Of a DNA stretch of 64,000 bases, positions 54,454-64,000 are shown in pieces. The translations under genes were made by a program, and so were the position numbers. Under the pieces are notes generated by a model, which saw only the letters and a program-made list of their open reading frames with translations, searched no databases and had not been told where the DNA came from. The first letter of the stretch is position 1. Each line of letters begins with the position of its first letter. The stretch covers positions 124,001 through 188,000 of the forward strand of contig CAXHJY010001738.1 of NCBI GenBank assembly GCA_964016885.1, written 5' to 3'. The stretch is from Eledone cirrhosa. Lineage: Eukaryota.

Positions 54454-55950
54454 CTATATATATAAAACTGATGTTGTCTGTGTGTCCTCATTTTTGCAAA
54501 GTCTATACAAATCCACATTTCTACTCCGATTGACTTCAAACTTGCATTTATATATTCCTTGCGATCTAAAGATACTAATTGCAGTTTTTATTTTTCAATT
54601 TTCTGTTATTATAGGGGTGTTAGGTGCCGGTTATCGATCTCCATTGAGCCCTTATAATATCTGTCTGTATGTCTAGCTGTCTGTATAACGACATTCTGAC
54701 GAACACGTCATTGTTGACGTATTATCTTCGCTACATTCACACATACACACACACATATATATATACATATATAGTTATATATAGACATATATATACACAT
54801 ATATACATGTACACACACATATATACACATATACATATATATATATACATATTCAAAGATATACACATATATAGATATACACATATACACATATATAAAT
54901 ATACACATAACAATATATGTATACACACACACACACACATATATATATATACATACATACAAACATATATCTCTGTGGATATCTCTGTGTATATATATAT
55001 ATTTGTTATAAGAAGAGATTAAAGTTTAAACAAAGAATCGCTGCTTTCAACATTAACGAGATCTTCTGAAACTAAAAAATTCAATCTGTGAACGCAGAAG
55101 TAAATATTTCGAGAAACGTTGCAACTGAAGGAAAACAGGAAGACGATATTTTGGTTCGTGAAGACGTTCCCTGGCAATGAACGGAAAACAAACGAGGATA
55201 ATACGTCGTTATGTGGACCGATAAGAACAATTTTATGCAAAGACGAGACCAAGTTTATGGTATAAATGGAGTCGTTAGACTAATATTCTATTTAACATAA
55301 CAGAATGATTTCCAGCCCCGGAGTTTAAGAATGATGTAAATAAAATTGAAAACGAAAATGACAGATGTTATTAAAATAGTAAAAGTAAATAGTGAAGATT
55401 TAGGCCAGTACATACGTATGCCCCGACGGACATACACATACATACGCACACACAAATACATACACACCCACAAACACACACAAACACACATACGCACACA
55501 CGCACGCACGCACGCGCGTGTGTGTGTAAGCCTTATGCATTTCTACAGTATTTTCACCAAACTTAAGACATAGGTTACGTACGTAATCCGGGTGGTCATG
55601 GGCACTTTCATTTTTCCAGATATTGATTACAGGGCCTCTCGGCAGATAACCCCCTTCAACCGCTTCCTTGGAGTCGACTGAAGCACTGCAATGCAATGCA
55701 ACAAAACGTCATAACTTCTGGAGTTCGCAACCGATTTTCACAAAACTTGATACATGGGCTACGTTTGTTCTACAGATGAATGTGAATTGGCACATATTGA
55801 GTAGGGGACCCTTGGGGGCAGGAACCCCCCTTTCGGAAAAAGCCGATGATTTTGTAAAAGTATAGTTTTCGAAGCAGCACTGAAGTATTGACATAAATGG
55901 TATACACAACTGCTATTTAATACCTGATCAACGACGCGTACCTCTGCTAG
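54453..55950 (+). mobile_element. Non-autonomous Helitron, copy B, carrying the same PLE pLTR fragment (HHR motif at 55023-55073 -)
   Basis: A|TCTATATATATAAAAC ... GTACCTCTGCTAG|T; colinear with copy A. Confidence 0.87.
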
Positions 55951-55961
55951 TATATATATAA

Positions 55962-57665
55962 AATAATAAAATAATGAAATTATTATGTACAGTGCTCAGG
56001 TGCACTACAACTGGTGCATGTATAGTACATAGAATAATGTACAAATGTCAGGAAAGTGAATAGTGTATGAGTCATGATATACACACAGACACACAGACAC
56101 ACACACACGAATGTGTATGGAAGGGGAGTATTAGGTGTAGTGTTGGCGAATCTCAGGAAGCATGGAGGTTTTAAAGGATGCAGTGTCTCGACAGCTAACA
56201 ACTGATGAAGGTAGTTTGTTCCATGGAGGTTTTAAAGGATGCAGTGTCTCGACAGCTAACAACTGATGCAGGTAGTTTGTTCCATGGAGGCTTTAAAGGA
56301 TACAGTGTCTCGACAGCTAACAACTGATGCAGGTAGTTTGTTTCATGGAGGTTTTAAAGGATGCAGTGTCTCGACAGCTAACAACTGATGCAGGTAGTTT
56401 GTTCCATGGAGGTGTTAAAGGATGCAGTGTCTCGACAGCTAACAACTGATGCAGGTAGTTTGTTCCATGGAGGTTTTAAAGGATGCAGTGTCTCGACAGC
56501 TAACAACTGATGCAGGTAGTTTGTTCCATGGAGGTTTTAAAGGATGCAGTGTCTCGACAGCTAACAACTGATGCAGGTAGTTTGTTCCATGAAGGTTTTA
56601 AAGGATGCAGTGTCTCGACAGCTGACAACTGAGGCAGGTAGTTTGTTCCATGCTTCAGCAACTCTAAGAGTGGAAAAATGTTCCCGAAAGTCATGGGAGC
56701 TGTGCTGTTTTCTGAATTTGTGGGCATGTCCACGTGTGTTAGACACATGGAAATCAAAAAGGTACTCAGGATTGTTGTTGGCAAGATGGTTAATACTTTT
56801 GTGAGTGTTTACCAAGTCAGTTGCCAGACGTCGGAGCTTCAATGTATCCATGCCCAGGGAAGCAAGGCGTTCAGAGTATGGTAGATACCTGATGGAGGGT
56901 ATTCACTTGGTTGCATGTCTCTGAACAGTTTCCAGGCAGTCAATGTTCTGAGCATGATAGGGGTTCCAGACTGGTGATGTAAATTCTAAGTGTGGCCGTA
57001 CCATAACTATGTACAGCTTTAAATAGATAGCTGGAGAGTGGCTGACAAAGGTCTTGCTGAGTGATGCTAAGACACCCTAGGCCTTCTTGGCAATTTTAGA
57101 GGTGTGCTTTGTCCAACGCAAATCACTGCTGACCGTAATGCCCAATTCACGTTCACAAGGAGACTTCTTGATATCAGTGTTGTGGAGGGAGTATGTGGAC
57201 GCTGGATTTTTCCTCCCAAAATGCATGGTGGTGCACTTGTCCACAGCCAGCTTCAGTTGCCAGTCTGTGATCCATTGCTGCATTGTGTCCAGGTCTGATT
57301 GTAGGAAAGAGTTGTAGATTTCAGGATCAGTCCTTTTGATTTCAAGGTATAGCTTGATGTCATCTGCATATTTCAGTACTGTGGCATTCTTTAAGTTGGC
57401 ATCTATGTCATTAATGTATGCAACAAATAAAAGGGGGCCAAGAACAGATCCCTGTGGTACACCAGATGACATCTCATATGGTGAAGAATGCTGTCCCAGA
57501 ACCGTGACTACCTCTTTTCGACTGAGAATGAAGGATCATCCTTCCTACCCATTGCAGAGAGTTTGTTGTGTGGCACAAAGTTAAAAGCTTTAGCAAAGTC
57601 AAGGTAAACAACATCCACCCATGAGCCACCATCAGTGATCCGGTGATGTCTTCAAGAAATTCGAT
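55962..57665 (-). mobile_element. 5'-truncated CR1-group LINE
   Basis: SGVPQGSVLGPLLF, YADDIK, KC..MHFG, RPHLEF..PVWNP, TRGH..K, WNKLP. Confidence 0.9.
56161..56652. repeat. 61-bp tandem array, 8 copies, derived from the CR1 ORF end
   Basis: Units start at 56161, 56222, 56283 ... 56588. Confidence 0.95.
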
Positions 57666-57842
57666 TACTTGATCCCAGCAACTGGAGTAATGGGCCACGA
57701 GATCCTCACTCAGGCCTGGAATGTTCCCACGGGATATACGACCAACAACACTGATCCGACATCCACCGAAATAAACCAAAAACTCAATAATCAGAACCCA
57801 CAACGACTACATTCGGATCTAGGAATCACTGCTTAAAATAAG

Positions 57843-58140
57843 TCTAAAGTCTGTCGCAAGCCCTCAAGCTCATCAGGGTGGTGCTTATCCCGGTTTTCTT
57901 AGAGTTAACGACTGAGAGTACAAGACTTCCCCTGGACATGACAACAGTCTATCACAGGATTAAGCCCCCAGATATTGCCGGGACTCATTTTCAGTTGAGT
58001 ATGCTGGAGCAACGTATAGAGCCAGATCAAACACCGAAGTGGTTTGCTGAAGAACACGACATACAACCCAATCCAGGAATAAAAGCCACGACATCGTGGT
58101 CGTAAGTCCAACACCCTTACCACTAGGCCACGCACCTCCA
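57843..58140 (-). mobile_element. tRNA-derived SINE, second family
   Basis: A-box TGGCCTAGTGG, degenerate B-box, gtgttctt..gcaa core, tail gaaaaccgggataagc..cagacttta. Confidence 0.8.
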
Positions 58141-58489
58141 CATTCACCGTTTAATCTAATCTACATTCGATCCCGCTTAATGAAGCCACGTGGTTGGCAA
58201 ATAAACAGATTCTTTGAGCAGGAAACTCGTTGAGAACTTCTGTCACACGAGATAGTAATTATAAAAATAGCTAAATAAGTCGTATAAAATACTCCTGGAG
58301 ACAAAGAAAAATGAAAAACACATGCAGGAATTGAACTGCGCATCTGCCTGTCGGGCGATTACGTTTAACTATCAATGGCGAGAGATGCAGGTTCGATTTC
58401 TTCTGACGTTTCTGTTCGTTTCAGATACACACAGACAGACGTACACACATACATACACACAGACAGATACACGTACATACATACATACA

Positions 58490-59022
58490 TGGCTGCCCCC
58501 TCGTTATCGAGTATGGCCATTGCTCGATATAACATTATTAATAATTATTAATTAATTCTATCGTGCAATGCCTGTGCATGAAGATATTTTTTAAAGTGAG
58601 GAACGACTGTGCACTGAGCCAATCCCACTCTCTGAGCGACAGTAGCTATAACCCGAAAAGAAGAAAAGATCAACATCATCGATAACTACTGAGCTGCAGG
58701 TTTTATATCAGAGTTATCCCAGTTTCCTGAGTTGCCTTCTCCAAGAAGAATGCCCTGACAAAGGCTAGGGGTCCTTCACTCCCAGTGGTTTAACCACGCG
58801 GTACATGTGTATATACATATTTACACACTTTTCGATGGCCGTTGACTCTTATGTGTTCTTCCGTCCTTTGTCAGGTTTTGTTTTTTGTCCTGCAAAGTGT
58901 CCAACATCACCCTCCTCACCAAGTAAACTTGGTGGGGTTGCCGGTTTAGTCGCCGACGACCCGACCATGCGACAGGTTGTACTGGGTTACATGTTACCAG
59001 TTGCACTGAAGAGCGACCCGAC
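58490..59022 (-). mobile_element. Non-autonomous RTE-related short element; another 3' part lies at 59195-59480
   Basis: Homologous to 45982-46347; the 3' end ctcgataacgagggggcagcca resembles RTE tails. Confidence 0.6.
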
Positions 59023-59049
59023 ATAATACATACATACATATATACACAT

Positions 59050-59142
<93 letters not shown>

Positions 59143-59622
59143 CATATATACATATATATACGTACAAACATATATACATATATATATATAGGTACATGGT
59201 GGCTGCCAACTCGTTTTCGAGTACGGCCACTACTTTATATCCATGTAGGAGAACGCCTACCGATGCGCTAAACGAGTGTGACTTTTCAGTCCGGCCAGCG
59301 ACTTGAAAACTCTGGTACAAAGACTACACTTGTGACCATTATTGACACATAGTGCAGGGCCCTTGGTACCATGTGATGACAAGTGCAGAGAGATCTCAAG
59401 ATATAAAGCAATGCCTGAGCCGTGAAGCTTTTATAGTGAGCAAAGGCACTGCACAAAGCCAGTCCCACTCTCTTAACCAAGATGATATTTACCAAAAAGA
59501 AGAACGTATAGGTACATATATACATACATATAGGTACATATATACATATAGGTACATATATACATACATATATACATATATACATATATACATACATACA
59601 TACATACATATATATATATACA

Positions 59623-63580
<3,958 letters not shown>

Positions 63581-63592
63581 AAAGCGCACCAT

Positions 63593-63652
63593 ATCTGATG
63601 AAAGCGCACCATAATTTGCCTTGGTTGCACTTGAAATATATATAATAAAATA
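63593..63652 (+). ncRNA. Minimal hammerhead, family B, in the inverted pLTR
   Basis: at-CTGATGA-aagcgcacc...ggttgcactt-GAAA-tatata-TA-ataaaa. Confidence 0.65.
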
Positions 63653-63835
63653 ATTATGGTTTTATAATATAGTTTCCATTTATTAATATATTGAATATTT
63701 ACTCCACTAAACTGTTGAGTGCTTTATATCAGTTATAAAATTGTTAAGCTTGTTGAATCCCAACAAATTTAATATAACCTCTGCATATATTTAGCTCCTT
63801 TATTGTTGAGCACTTTAAATTATAACTGATTAAAA

Positions 63836-64000
63836 ATGGAATTCTTTAAGATCTCTTCTTCTCTAAAAGACATACCTTTACCTAGTAATAAGGACTATCT
63901 TAAACAACTTATTGAGAAATCGGACTCGTTTATAAGAAGACTTAGATGGCGTGCTTTTCATTTTGATAAAAAATCAGATGGAAAAGAAAATATATCCAAT
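63836..64000 (+). CDS. N-terminus of a PLE polyprotein, running off the window
   Basis: MEFFKISSSLKDIPLPSNKDYLKQLIEKSDSFIRRLRWRAFHF, a S.K.IP.P...Y...LI.K...FI.R.RW.A pattern typical of this PLE group, directly after the pLTR. Confidence 0.75.
   Translation, partial: MEFFKISSSLKDIPLPSNKDYLKQLIEKSDSFIRRLRWRAFHFDKKSDGKENISN

Noticed and set aside
58060-58140. tRNA gene
   Set aside because: B-box is degenerate, there is no cloverleaf, and it continues into a SINE body.

Overview
Eukaryotic, AT-rich, almost entirely repetitive DNA; the SINE families resemble octopus/cephalopod repeats (inference from recall, not a search). There is no confidently identifiable host protein-coding gene, and most listed ORFs are microsatellite artefacts. 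The window holds two L1/Tx1-type LINEs (6193-11862 +, 18177-~23615 -), one apparently intact RTE LINE (12832-16139 -), a CRE-type RLE retrotransposon remnant, a CR1-group remnant with a tandemly amplified 3' end, many Penelope-like element (PLE, Naiad/Neptune-type) pieces, two copies of a non-autonomous Helitron, tRNA-derived SINEs, MITEs and several mini/microsatellites. The main hidden layer is RNA structure. Reading both strands I find more than 20 type I hammerhead-ribozyme (HHR) motifs from about ten unrelated PLE terminal-repeat families. They include a 7-copy family with a non-canonical core (CAGAAGA, U.U closing helix II) and several motifs with very long helix II insertions. One Helitron family has captured a PLE terminal repeat with its HHR, and one copy of that Helitron is inserted into the core of another HHR. 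A possible host promoter and 5' exons lie near 33.5-34.6 kb (low confidence). All ribozyme calls are manual motif and pairing matches, not tested activity.
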